Origin: an uncultured Poribacteria bacterium
GTDB taxonomy: Bacteria > Poribacteria > WGA-4E > WGA-3G
Assembly: GCA_958296135.2 (NCBI GenBank)
Contig: CATQHZ020000001.1
Coordinates: 1,632,001-1,696,000 of the forward strand
Direction of reading: 5' to 3'
Length of the DNA stretch: 64,000 bases
The notes below the pieces were generated by a model, which worked only from the letters and a program-made list of their open reading frames with translations, was not told where the DNA came from and did not search any database. The translations under genes were made by a program, and so were the position numbers. Positions 9,215 to 18,753 of the stretch are shown here, one piece after another (the first letter of the stretch is position 1; each line of letters starts with the position of its first letter).

Positions 9215-10117
9215 ATGACACAAACCGTTTTTCTTGGAGAACACGAACTCACTTTCCCGAGCCCGCGCCTTGGTGTGCTTCGGGATTGCAACGCCGTGCT
9301 GGATTCCGCAGAGGGATTGCATGCACAAATCGCTGATGATGGATATCTACTTGTCCGCGGCTTAATCGACAGAGAAAAGGTTATCGCCGCGCGGCGCGCG
9401 ATTCTGGCATACGCCGAAGGCAGCGGAAAAGATAACGTCTTCAAACCCGGCACCGAGATGATGGACGCTGTCGCGGGTGGGGGGAGCCCCGGCCGGACGA
9501 TGGGCGCGCCCGCCGTGACGCATCATCCCGATGTGCAGGCTGTCTTGGAAGGCGATGAGCTTTTCGGATTTTTCCGGAAGTTCTTTGTCGGCGAGACGCG
9601 CACGTTTGATTACAAGTGGTTGCGGTTTATCCGTCCTACCGTCTGGTCTGGCCCGCATGTCGATTTCGTCTATATGGGGCGAGGTTCAAAGCAGTTGCAT
9701 ACCTGTTGGGTGCCGTTCGGCGATGTGCCAGCGGCGATGGGGACGCTAGCTGTCTTGGTAGGTTCGCATAACCTACCGAGTTTCGCACGGATACGCGATA
9801 CGTATGGGAAAACGGATGTCGATAAGGATGGAACCCCCGGCCATTTCGGCCGCGACCCGCTGGAAATTAGCGATACCTACGGTGGCGAGTGGAAGACAGC
9901 GGATTTTGAGATGGGCGATGTCATCATCTTCACGATGCATACGATGCACACCTCAACGAAGAATCTGTCGGAGCGGTGGCGGATCAGTTGCGACATCCGC
10001 TTCCAACCGGCGGCAGACCCGATTGACGAGCGGTGGGTAGGCAAGAACCCGATTTCACATACAGGCAGTCAGAAGATTTCATTTGAGGAGGCGAAGGCGC
10101 AGTGGGGACTAGCGTAG
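9215..10117 (+). CDS. Phytanoyl-CoA dioxygenase (PhyH) family 2OG-Fe(II) oxygenase
   Basis: DGYLLVRG, HVD (HxD), CWVPFGD, GSH, distal HTS, RISCDIRFQ. Confidence 0.88.
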   Translation: MTQTVFLGEHELTFPSPRLGVLRDCNAVLDSAEGLHAQIADDGYLLVRGLIDREKVIAARRAILAYAEGSGKDNVFKPGTEMMDAVAGGGSPGRTMGAPAVTHHPDVQAVLEGDELFGFFRKFFVGETRTFDYKWLRFIRPTVWSGPHVDFVYMGRGSKQLHTCWVPFGDVPAAMGTLAVLVGSHNLPSFARIRDTYGKTDVDKDGTPGHFGRDPLEISDTYGGEWKTADFEMGDVIIFTMHTMHTSTKNLSERWRISCDIRFQPAADPIDERWVGKNPISHTGSQKISFEEAKAQWGLA

Positions 10118-10126
10118 GCGTTGTAG

Positions 10127-10193
10127 CACCGTAGCGCGGGGGCCTGTCCCCCGCGGTCTCCGTAGTTTGGCGCGGTGCGGCCCCACGCGCTAC
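10127..10193. repeat. GTAG palindromes between convergent genes
   Basis: CCGTAGCGCGGGGGCCTGTCCCCCGCG on +, plus an opposite-strand copy whose GTAG supplies the aminotransferase stop codon. Confidence 0.7.
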
Positions 10194-11491
10194 CCGGAAT
10201 TTAGCACCGCCGCAATCGCCGCGAACATTTCCTCCACCTCAGATACCTCTAGGCATGAATAGGCTATCCGCAGCTCAGACTCGCCGAGTGCGATTGTGCC
10301 GATGCCGTGCTCGGCGAGGAGTTTTTGGCGTACCGCCTCGGCGTTCCCTGATTTCAGGCGCAGGCATGTGAAATAACCGGCGTGACTTGGATAGACTTCC
10401 CACAATGTTGCGTACCGTGCATCGGACGCAATCTGCTTGACTTTCAGCGCGCGTGCCTTGAGGGTTTCAGAGTTGTGCCGTTTTTGTTCAGCGTAGCCTG
10501 GGGCGTTCATCGCGGCTAGGATGAGCGTTTGCGCGATTTGCGCCGCGCCGGAGGTATTCGCCCGGATGAGCCCGCTGATTTTTTGTTCAAGCGGTTGCAT
10601 CACGGCTGAGTCAAGCGCGAATGTGAGAAACCCGACACGCATGCCCCAGGCGTATTCCTCTTTCGTCGCGCCATCTATCTTCACAGGGACGACATTGGGG
10701 TGGCATCCTGCCAGCATTCCGAAAAGCGATTCGTGCATCACGGATGCGTCATACCAAAAGCCGACGTAAGCATCGTCAAGCATAACGAGGAGGTGATTGC
10801 CGGCACCGGCACTTTCCACAATTGTGTTGACAATTTCTTGCGCTTCGGCGCGTGTGATGGCATAACCGGTGGGGTTATGCGGGAAATTGAGAAGGACTCG
10901 GGTACTTCCAGCCGAACGTGCGCGTTTACAGCGCGCGCCTCCCTTAATAAGTGTCTCGCGGAATCCGTGGACGTTAAAACGGCGTTGGGCATCGTAAAAC
11001 GGATAAGTCTCAATCTTCGCCTGCGCTTTAGTTTCAAAGATGAGCCGATAGTTGCCCCAGATTTTGTCGGGGAGGATGAGCGTATCGCCGCTCTCCACGA
11101 AGAGCTCGGCGAGCAAACTGAGCCCGTGCGTCATGCCGCTCGTCACAATCGGAAGACTGAACGTCGCCTTTGCAAGCGATGGGTTTGTTTCGCGGAGGTG
11201 TGCCGCCCATTTCTGGCGTAACACTGGCTGTCCTAGCACGGGCGCGTAGCCATAGATGTCTTCAAGCGACGGTGCCGGCACCAGCGCGCGTGAAACGTCA
11301 AGGTGCATCATTTCGCCATCTTCCAATGCGATGGCACGCGTCGCGTTAAACCGAACCGCCTGCGCATTCGCCGCTGCTGTCTGGCTTAAGATACCTTTCG
11401 GCAGGTAGATGCGTTTGCCTAACTCGGAGAGGAGCGCGAAAACCGCCGGTGAGGCTGTGTGGATGTGTTTGTTTAATTCGGTTGCTGGCAT
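10190..11491 (-). CDS. PLP-dependent aminotransferase class I/II
   Basis: NFPHNPTG, DDAY, DGATKEEYAWGMRVG. Start placed at ATG 11491 because the longer N-terminus is translated repeat sequence. Minus-strand TTGACA-17-CATAAT at 11684-11656. Confidence 0.88.
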   Translation of the reverse strand: MPATELNKHIHTASPAVFALLSELGKRIYLPKGILSQTAAANAQAVRFNATRAIALEDGEMMHLDVSRALVPAPSLEDIYGYAPVLGQPVLRQKWAAHLRETNPSLAKATFSLPIVTSGMTHGLSLLAELFVESGDTLILPDKIWGNYRLIFETKAQAKIETYPFYDAQRRFNVHGFRETLIKGGARCKRARSAGSTRVLLNFPHNPTGYAITRAEAQEIVNTIVESAGAGNHLLVMLDDAYVGFWYDASVMHESLFGMLAGCHPNVVPVKIDGATKEEYAWGMRVGFLTFALDSAVMQPLEQKISGLIRANTSGAAQIAQTLILAAMNAPGYAEQKRHNSETLKARALKVKQIASDARYATLWEVYPSHAGYFTCLRLKSGNAEAVRQKLLAEHGIGTIALGESELRIAYSCLEVSEVEEMFAAIAAVLNSG

Positions 11492-11756
11492 AGTTTTTTT
11501 CCTTCTACTCTTCTTACCGTAGGGCGGGGGCCCGGCGAGCGCGAATCGCCGAGGGTTTCCTTCGCCATGCACCTTCGCAAAAGCACGCTGTATTCCGTTT
11601 GGGCGTAACGGCCCCCGCGCTACGTGCCAAGGGGTTATCTCTTCAACCAACGTAAATTATGCGCCACCGCCAATTTAATGTCAACCAATTTCGTCAAAAT
11701 TCGTCTTAAAATATAAACGGACTAACCCGTAACAAACAGAAAGGTTTCACATAACG

Positions 11757-12881
11757 ATGAAAGCACTCTTTAAAAGCCTCACGGTGGTGATACTCGCTGT
11801 CCTTGCGGCCGGTTTTGGCATTTGCATCTATATCCTCCAGGCACCGTCGGTTGCGCAACCGGGGCCGCCAAAACTGCAGATCCACACGCGGACAGCGTTG
11901 CGCGGCAGACCGGCGGTGAACTCCAAGCCGCTCGCCTATACGAAAGATGTCTATCGGTTTAGTTTAGCGCGGCAGCATATCAGCAACTTGAACAGCGGTG
12001 AGTTCTCGCCGAAATTACTGTTCAGCGCGGCCTTGGCGCGGCGCGCGACGTTGGAAGCCAAACGGTTGGACGCGGAATTGCGAAAGGGCATCGATTGGGA
12101 GAAAATGTTCGCCGATTTGACAGAGAACGTTCGGTTCGATGCCCGTTCGTCTGACTTAAAAGTGTTGCTCAGCGGGAAAGAGTGGCATCTCATCGACGGT
12201 TCAGGCGCGATGTATACGGTAGTCCGAGTCCAAAATCGGCTGAATGTCTATCTGCCGAATCTCAAAGAGGCATTTGAGACAAACAAAGGCCGCCTCTCGA
12301 AGAATATTGAAGTTTCTGTTGAAAAAGCCGGAAGGCAATGGCTGATCAGAGACGTAGGCTTTCAGCAGGCGTATACCGTAAAACTTGGCGGGCAAAAAGG
12401 TGATGAGAAACTGAACGTCTTCCAGCAATCGAAGGTTGAGATTCGTCACTTGCTGTTTGATGCGGATTTGCTATCGCAGCCTGCGTTGACAGATGGCCTT
12501 CTGAAGGCATCTTCGCGGCACTATATTTCGGCAGCACTACGCTCCGAGTTTGCAGAACAAAAGATCGCGCTGACCCGAAAGGCGAAGTTGTCGGTAATCA
12601 AGGAAGATAGGGAATGGCTGATAACCGATGCCGGCCAGAAATATCGTATCCGTTTGGAAGACGCACCGCAAGACGGAGGAAAAACCTCAAGGTTGAAGGT
12701 ATTCCTCGGCTTGGATAGCGAATGGCTTCGCGTGCGGGTTGATGATGAGCTGCAAGGTTGGGTGCAGCGGGAGCGCGGGACGGTTTTCCAGCCGCCGCCG
12801 CTGCCATTGAGCTCACGTCAACAGGCAAAAGCACGACTGCTAGTGCTGATTGACAGAGTGAAAGAGAAAATAGGGCAATGA
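11757..12881 (+). CDS. Membrane-anchored hypothetical protein with a split SH3b-like domain and three internal repeats
   Basis: N-terminal hydrophobic helix; repeats ending W.I.D...Y......L.V(Y/F); C-terminal WLRVRV...GWV. Confidence 0.7.
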   Translation: MKALFKSLTVVILAVLAAGFGICIYILQAPSVAQPGPPKLQIHTRTALRGRPAVNSKPLAYTKDVYRFSLARQHISNLNSGEFSPKLLFSAALARRATLEAKRLDAELRKGIDWEKMFADLTENVRFDARSSDLKVLLSGKEWHLIDGSGAMYTVVRVQNRLNVYLPNLKEAFETNKGRLSKNIEVSVEKAGRQWLIRDVGFQQAYTVKLGGQKGDEKLNVFQQSKVEIRHLLFDADLLSQPALTDGLLKASSRHYISAALRSEFAEQKIALTRKAKLSVIKEDREWLITDAGQKYRIRLEDAPQDGGKTSRLKVFLGLDSEWLRVRVDDELQGWVQRERGTVFQPPPLPLSSRQQAKARLLVLIDRVKEKIGQ

Positions 12882-14080
12882 AAATCCTTTTCCTCTCGCC
12901 CACTGTGCCTTTTCCGCTGACCGATGGTGGACGGATTCGGGTGTTTCATCTGCTCAAACAGATTGCTCAGAAAAGCGAGGTAACGCTGCTGGCATTGGAG
13001 ACGCAGCCTACCGATGCAGACAACGTCCCCCAACTGGAACGTTTCGGGATTCAGGTGCATCTCGTCCGACAGGGAGGGACGTTTCCGTCTCTATCGCTCG
13101 GCACAATCCTGACAGCGTTTATCAAAAGGGTGCCTATCACGGTGGCGCGCTATAATGTGCCGGCCTATCGGCAGAAATTCAGAGAATTGGTGGCAGCCGA
13201 ACCCTTCGACCTGGTTCACTATGAAATGTGCCACGTCGCCCAATTTCACATCGAGACAGAGTTGCCAAGCCTTCTTTCGCAGCAGAACGTCGATTCTGCC
13301 ATCTGGCGGCGGCTCTGTCAAGAAACGGCGAATCCTCTCCGGAAATCCCTCTATTGGACGCAGCAACGCGCTTTTGAACGTTATGAGCGGCTGATGAGCC
13401 CGAAGTTTGACATTGTCACCTGCGCTTCCGAGATAGACAGGCAGACTTTTCAACGGACAAGCACTGAGAGCCGCTTTGAGATTATTCCAAATGGCGTGGA
13501 TATTGAGGACTACCAACCTGACTTCGGCAGCGAAGAAGAGGCACACCTCATCTACATCGGCAGCATGGATTGGTATCCAAACGAAGACGCGGTAGCCTTC
13601 TTTGCCGATGAAGTCTTACCAGAAATCCACGAGAGACTCCCAGACGTTCAATTTTCTGCTGTTGGCGGCAACCCCTCACAGCGCGTGCAGAAATTAGCGG
13701 AAAACCCGCAGCTCTTCGTCACCGGGCGCGTGCCGGAGATTAAACCGTATTTTGCGCGCGCGACTGTTTTTGTTGTGCCGTTGCGTATCGGGAGCGGCAC
13801 GCGCCTGAAAATCCTTGAAGCCTTGGCGATGGGCAAGGCTGTCGTCTCAACCACCGTCGGCGCAGAAGGGTTAGATTTGGTTGACGGTGAAGAAATCCTC
13901 ATCGCCGATGAACCGGGAGCGTTCGCTGAATCAGTCCTTCGGTTGCTCACCGATGCATCCCTCCGTCGCGAGCTCGGCGAGAGGGGCCGCGCGCGCGTGG
14001 AGCGAGATTACGATTGGCGGCGCATCGGAGAAAAGCTCCAGAGTCTTTATGAATCGGCTTACGCGGCCCGCTCCCGGTAG
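12878..14080 (+). CDS. Glycosyltransferase family 4
   Basis: DGGRIRV, IIPNGVD, GSGTRLKILEALAMGKAVVST..GAEG; ATGA-coupled to the upstream gene. Confidence 0.92.
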   Translation: MKILFLSPTVPFPLTDGGRIRVFHLLKQIAQKSEVTLLALETQPTDADNVPQLERFGIQVHLVRQGGTFPSLSLGTILTAFIKRVPITVARYNVPAYRQKFRELVAAEPFDLVHYEMCHVAQFHIETELPSLLSQQNVDSAIWRRLCQETANPLRKSLYWTQQRAFERYERLMSPKFDIVTCASEIDRQTFQRTSTESRFEIIPNGVDIEDYQPDFGSEEEAHLIYIGSMDWYPNEDAVAFFADEVLPEIHERLPDVQFSAVGGNPSQRVQKLAENPQLFVTGRVPEIKPYFARATVFVVPLRIGSGTRLKILEALAMGKAVVSTTVGAEGLDLVDGEEILIADEPGAFAESVLRLLTDASLRRELGERGRARVERDYDWRRIGEKLQSLYESAYAARSR

Positions 14081-14812
14081 GGACGGTTTAAGACAGCAAA
14101 CCTCGCCCTACGGACTAAGGGCCCCTTCTACCGTAGCGCGAGGGAAAACCTGTCCCCCGGTAGGAGAGACCTCCCGGTCTCGATGTTCGGGACCTGTCAC
14201 CCGCTATCCCTCTCGATAGACCGATGCCCGGCGCAGCACAGTGGACATCTCTGCAGCGAGGCGGCAGAGATGACAAAGTTTCGGCGTAACGGCCCGCGCC
14301 CTACGGACTAAGGGGCCCTTTTTACCGACGGGCCCTTTTCACCGTAGCGCGAGGGCCCGGCGATCGCGAATCGCCGAGGGTTCCCCTCGCGATCCTCCTC
14401 GCTAGACCGATGCATAGCGCGGCACAGGACCGCGCCCTACGGACTAAGGGGCCCTTTTTACCGACGGGCCCTTTTCACTGACGGGCCCTTTTCACCGTAG
14501 CGCGAGGGCCCGGCGATCGCGAATCGCCGAGGGTTCCCCTCGCGATCCGCCTCGCTAGACCGATGCATGGCGCGGCACAGGCCCGCGCCCTACGGACTAA
14601 GGGGCCTTTTCACCGATGCATGGCGCGGCACAGGCCCGCGCCCTACGGACTAAGGGGCCTTTTCACCGATGCATGGCGCGGCACAGGACCGCGCCCTACG
14701 GACTAAGGGGCCCTTTTTACCGATGCATGGCGCGGCACAGGCCCGCGCCCTACGGACTAAGGGGGCCTCTTCACCGTCGCGCGAGGGAAAACCTGTCCCT
14801 CGCGGGTGTCCC
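14077..14812. repeat. BIME-like mosaic of GTAG palindromes (family B)
   Basis: Repeated GGCGCGGCACAGG(A/C)CCGCGCCCTACGGACTAAGGGG. Four tandem 53-54 bp units start at 14559, 14612, 14665 and 14719. The same modules recur at 59985-60603. Confidence 0.9.
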
Positions 14813-14899
14813 GATGTCACTAACAGATGATTTTTCTTGCATATCTATCCCATTTTTGGTAAAATTACCTATAATCTTTAAAAATAAGGAGAGAAACGA

Positions 14900-16171
14900 A
14901 TGGCACTTCCAAAAATGACGCGGATTCAGCAGCAGTTTGAGGCACCTGTTCTCACGGACTTACCTGCAACAATCCACGCGGAATTAGCACGAATTAACGC
15001 CGCTGCTATCGTGCGCCCCGGCGATACCGTCGCGATTACCGCTGGCAGCCGCGGCATCGCGAACGTCGCCACCGCTGTGAAGGCGACCGCGGACTCTCTC
15101 AAAACTATCGGCGCGAAACCTTTCGTTATCCCCGCAATGGGCAGCCACGGCGGCGCAACCCCCGAAGGCCAACGGAGTGTTTTGGAACACTACGGCATCA
15201 CCGAAGAGACCGTGGGGGCACCGGTGAAAGCGACAATGGATGTCGTCGAACTCGGTAAAACAGAGCTCGGCCTGCCTGTGTTTCTTGACCGGTTCGCCGC
15301 TGAGGCAGACCACGTCGTGCCGCTCAACCGCATTAAGGCGCACACCGATTTCAACGGCTCAATCGAAAGCGGTCTGATGAAAATGATGGTGATTGGGCTC
15401 GGCAAACAGCGGGGAGCGAATCTCTATCACCGCGCCTTTTTCCAATACGGGTTTGAGAACGTTATCGCGGCTGTGGGCGGTTTCATGCTTGATACCGGGC
15501 GGATCGCTTTCGGCATTGGGCTCATCGAAAACGCGCACGAGCAAACCGCGAAGGCAGTAGCGATGCCCGCCGAACAACTCCTCCAAACCGAACGTCGGCT
15601 TCTCGTTGAGGCGAAATCGCTGATGGGCAGACTGCCGTTCGATGAACTCGACCTGCTGATTATTGACTGGGTTGGCAAAAACATCAGCGGCACTGGCATG
15701 GACACGAACGTCATCGGTAGAATGATGCAGAATTTTGAACCGGAACCCGCGAAACCCGCGATTCTTCGGATATTTGTCCGCGACCTGACGGAAGAAAGCG
15801 ATGGCAACGCGACCGGCATCGGCTTGGCAGATTTCACGACGACGCGGCTGGTTGACAAGATCGACCGGCACGCAACCTATATGAACGGCATCACTGCCCT
15901 TGGCCCGCAGAAGTCCAAGGTTCCGTTCTACTACGATACTGACAAGGAAGCGATTTCGGTGGCACTTGATACTATCGGGCTCACCGCGCCGGAAGACGCG
16001 CGCGTTATTCGGATTGAGAGCACGCTGAGATTAACCGAGCTTGACATCTCCGAGGCGCTCCTTGAGGATGCACACTTGCACTCAAGCCTCCAGGTTATCG
16101 GTGAAACGAAGCCGTTCCTGTTTGATGCCACGGGCAACCTGCTGCCGTTTTTTTTGGAGACACCGCATTGA
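14900..16171 (+). CDS. LarA N-terminal-like (DUF2088/DUF362-type) protein
   Basis: AITAGSRGI, PAMGSHGGAT, NRIKAHTDF, GKNISGTGMDTNVIGR. AAGGAG RBS; TTGCAT-17-TAAAAT at 14837-14865. Confidence 0.78.
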   Translation: MALPKMTRIQQQFEAPVLTDLPATIHAELARINAAAIVRPGDTVAITAGSRGIANVATAVKATADSLKTIGAKPFVIPAMGSHGGATPEGQRSVLEHYGITEETVGAPVKATMDVVELGKTELGLPVFLDRFAAEADHVVPLNRIKAHTDFNGSIESGLMKMMVIGLGKQRGANLYHRAFFQYGFENVIAAVGGFMLDTGRIAFGIGLIENAHEQTAKAVAMPAEQLLQTERRLLVEAKSLMGRLPFDELDLLIIDWVGKNISGTGMDTNVIGRMMQNFEPEPAKPAILRIFVRDLTEESDGNATGIGLADFTTTRLVDKIDRHATYMNGITALGPQKSKVPFYYDTDKEAISVALDTIGLTAPEDARVIRIESTLRLTELDISEALLEDAHLHSSLQVIGETKPFLFDATGNLLPFFLETPH

Positions 16172-16758
16172 AACGATTGATTGTAGGTATCACCGGTGCG
16201 AGCGCGGTTGTCTACGGCGTGCGCCTCCTTGAAATCCTCGCCAAACAAACGGATGTTGAAGTGCATCTAACGATTTCCACGTCCGGAGCGCGCGCTTTGT
16301 GGGAGGAACTCCAGATTGAGGTAGATATTGACAACTTTCGGTTGGAATCGCTGCTCGGGATTTCGGCCGATACTGTCATTTATCATCATCAATCCGACAT
16401 CGGTGCTGCCATCGCCAGCGGCTCTTTCCGCACGGAGGGGATGATTGTGGTGCCGTGTAGTATGGGCACTGTCGCTTCTATTGCGGCGGGTATTTCGCGT
16501 AACCTTATCCATCGCGCTGCAGATGTGTGTATTAAGGAACGCCGCAAACTAGTCATTGTGCCGCGCGAAACACCGCTGAGTGCTATCCATCTGGAGAATA
16601 TGTTGAAGTTGTCGCGCCTGGGTGTGTGTGTGCTGCCAGCGATGCCGGGGTTCTACCATTTCCCCAAAACCGTCGATGATCAGATTAATTTCGTGGTAAC
16701 GAAAATCTTGGATCAGTTTGGGATGGATACCGGGTTGATTCAGCGGTGGAAAGAGTAA
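16168..16758 (+). CDS. ubiX: Flavin prenyltransferase UbiX
   Basis: VGITGAS, IASGS, PCSMGT, RAADV..KERR.L..VPRETP, PAMPGFY. Confidence 0.95.
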   Translation: MKRLIVGITGASAVVYGVRLLEILAKQTDVEVHLTISTSGARALWEELQIEVDIDNFRLESLLGISADTVIYHHQSDIGAAIASGSFRTEGMIVVPCSMGTVASIAAGISRNLIHRAADVCIKERRKLVIVPRETPLSAIHLENMLKLSRLGVCVLPAMPGFYHFPKTVDDQINFVVTKILDQFGMDTGLIQRWKE

Positions 16759-16836
16759 AGGCCTTACGCCAATTTCATTATTTTCCGTAGGCGCGGTTTG
16801 CAACCGCGCCTACCAAGGCGTTTCTGCGTAAATCCT
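16759..16836. mobile_element. Candidate MITE carrying a perfect family-A palindrome
   Basis: Imperfect terminal inverted repeats AGGCCTTACGC / GCGTAAATCCT enclose GTAGGCGCGGTTTGCAACCGCGCCTAC. Confidence 0.45.
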
Positions 16837-16900
16837 AATTTCTTTAGTGCCGTTAGGAACTACATGAAACGCGATGCCGCTGCGCTGTGTCTGATTTCCG

Positions 16901-16929
16901 TTGACATTTTGCGCGAAAGAGGGTATACT
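16901..16929 (+). promoter_or_regulatory. Sigma70-type promoter for ubiA
   Basis: TTGACA-17bp-TATACT. Confidence 0.7.
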
Positions 16930-16992
16930 CCTTTTATCAATGCGCAACTTCGGCACTCGCACAACCACAAGGAGAATGGAAATCTCACGAAA

Positions 16993-17841
16993 ATGCGCAA
17001 ACTCAAAATTATCTTAGAGATGATTAAGTTTGAACATACCGTCTTCGCGTTGCCCTTCGCGTTGATGAGTGCGTTCATCGCCGCCGATGGCTTGCCATCG
17101 CTGGATAAACTGGGATGGATACTCGTCGCGATGGTAGGCGCGCGCAGCTGCGCCATGGCGTTTAACCGCCTCGCCGATTCGGAGATAGACCGGGTTAACC
17201 CGCGCACCTCCATGCGCGCGATTCCGGCTGGACTCATCACGAAAGGCGCAGTGTGGTGCTTCACCCTCGTCTCTGCAGGACTCTTAGTCCTTGCAGCATG
17301 GTGCCTGAATCCGCTCGCCTTCGCGCTGTCCCCGGTAGCACTCGCCGTGATTATGGGGTATTCCTATACCAAACGGTTCACCGCGCTGTCGCATTTCTGG
17401 CTCGGGCTTGCGCTCTCTATTTCGCCTGTTGGCGCGTGGATTGCAATAAAAGGTGGGTTTGATTGGCCCCCGATGGCTCTCTGTCTTGTGGTGCTACTCT
17501 GGACAGCGGGGTTTGACATTATCTACGCCTGCCAAGATCTCAATTTTGACCGGAAGCATGCTCTCCACTCTATTCCGGCACGACTCGGAATTCGTTCGGC
17601 GTTATGGGTTTCGGCGGCGTTGCATGTGGTTGCGGTGTTGCTCCTCCTCGGTATTCCCATGCTTACGGACTTGGGCATCTTCTATTTCATCGGGGTGGGA
17701 ATTGTGATGATAATCTTTATCTATGAACACGCCATCGTTAAACCGAATGACTTGTCCCGTGTGAACCTCGCCTTTTTTACGCTGAACGGCATGATTAGCC
17801 TGGTTTTGATGGTGCTTTCAATTGCCGATATTTTGTTGTAG
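16993..17841 (+). CDS. ubiA: UbiA-family prenyltransferase (MqnP-like)
   Basis: IKFEHTVFALPFA, NRLADSEIDRVNPRT..R.IP.G, YSYTKRF, GFDIIYACQD; multiple TM helices. Start placed downstream of the promoter and RBS. Confidence 0.9.
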   Translation: MRKLKIILEMIKFEHTVFALPFALMSAFIAADGLPSLDKLGWILVAMVGARSCAMAFNRLADSEIDRVNPRTSMRAIPAGLITKGAVWCFTLVSAGLLVLAAWCLNPLAFALSPVALAVIMGYSYTKRFTALSHFWLGLALSISPVGAWIAIKGGFDWPPMALCLVVLLWTAGFDIIYACQDLNFDRKHALHSIPARLGIRSALWVSAALHVVAVLLLLGIPMLTDLGIFYFIGVGIVMIIFIYEHAIVKPNDLSRVNLAFFTLNGMISLVLMVLSIADILL

Positions 17842-17924
17842 GGAGTTATCGCGCCGAGCGCGCTTCCTCTGAAACCGCCTTCAATCAGATTGTGCCTACC
17901 GGTTGCGAACGCTGGAGATAAAAA

Positions 17925-18749
17925 ATGAAACTTTCACTTTCTGTCCGTGTGGCAGAAACGGCATCCAAACGGGATGCCACCCATACTTTCGCGCAACTCA
18001 CCGCCTTGGCGGCGGAGCTCGGTTACGAAGCAGTCTGCATGCGTGCATCGCAAGTCGGTATCCAAACGCCTTTGGAGCAGATTACTGCCGCGCGCAAACA
18101 GGCGAAGTCACACAACCTTCATATCTCCATGGTCACGGGTGATTTTGCCGTGCCGCTCAACAACGATGAAGGCCCCAACGGCCTCCGAAACATAACACCT
18201 TATCTCGATTTAACGGCGTTGCTCGGCGCAGATCTCATCCGTATTGCTATGAAGGTAGAGGCGGATATTCCTTGGGCGCAGCGTGCTGCCGACGAAGCGG
18301 CTGAGCGCGGCATCCGCCTCGCGCATCAATCGCATACGCAAAGTCTGTTTGAAACGGTGGCGGGTTCGGTTGATGTGCTGAAACGCGTCGGCAGACAAAA
18401 TTTCGGGATTATCTATGAACCGGCGAACCTCGATCTGTGTGCGCAGGATTACGGTGCCGAGACGCTCAAGCGGTTTTCGCCGTATCTCTTCAACGTCTAT
18501 CTCCAGAACCACATCCGCCGCCCGATGGGGAAAACGCGCCTCCTGACGTGGATTCAGGGAGTCATTCCACACGACATGATTCCCTTGCAGGAGAAAGGCG
18601 GCATCGATTTTCCGCTCGTCTTTCGAGGGTTGGAAGCAATCGGTTACGATGGCTATGTGACAGTGCATCAGGCATTCCGTGAGATAATGGAGCCTGAAGA
18701 CGCAGCGGCGCAGAGTTACGCGTATCTCAAGCCGTTCTGTAAAGGTTAA
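17925..18749 (+). CDS. Sugar phosphate isomerase/epimerase (xylose isomerase-like TIM barrel)
   Basis: AAELGYEAV, G.IDF..VF..L..IGYDGYVTV pattern. Metal ligands look atypical (QSH, YEPAN, HQ). Confidence 0.75.
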   Translation: MKLSLSVRVAETASKRDATHTFAQLTALAAELGYEAVCMRASQVGIQTPLEQITAARKQAKSHNLHISMVTGDFAVPLNNDEGPNGLRNITPYLDLTALLGADLIRIAMKVEADIPWAQRAADEAAERGIRLAHQSHTQSLFETVAGSVDVLKRVGRQNFGIIYEPANLDLCAQDYGAETLKRFSPYLFNVYLQNHIRRPMGKTRLLTWIQGVIPHDMIPLQEKGGIDFPLVFRGLEAIGYDGYVTVHQAFREIMEPEDAAAQSYAYLKPFCKG

Positions 18750-18753
18750 TTTT

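Noticed and set aside
11492-11650. N-terminal extension of the aminotransferase (similarly 16798-16992 for ubiA and 27507-27566 for GH32)
   Set aside because: These are translated intergenic repeats or promoter DNA upstream of better-supported starts, so they were not counted as coding insertions.
14559-14775. Tandem 53-54 bp units as a CRISPR array
   Set aside because: Units repeat along their whole length with no unique spacers, no cas genes are present, and the same units are dispersed elsewhere.
14616-14918. 100-aa repetitive ORF, and similar ORFs at 59926-60771
   Set aside because: Translations of the palindrome arrays; no independent evidence of coding.
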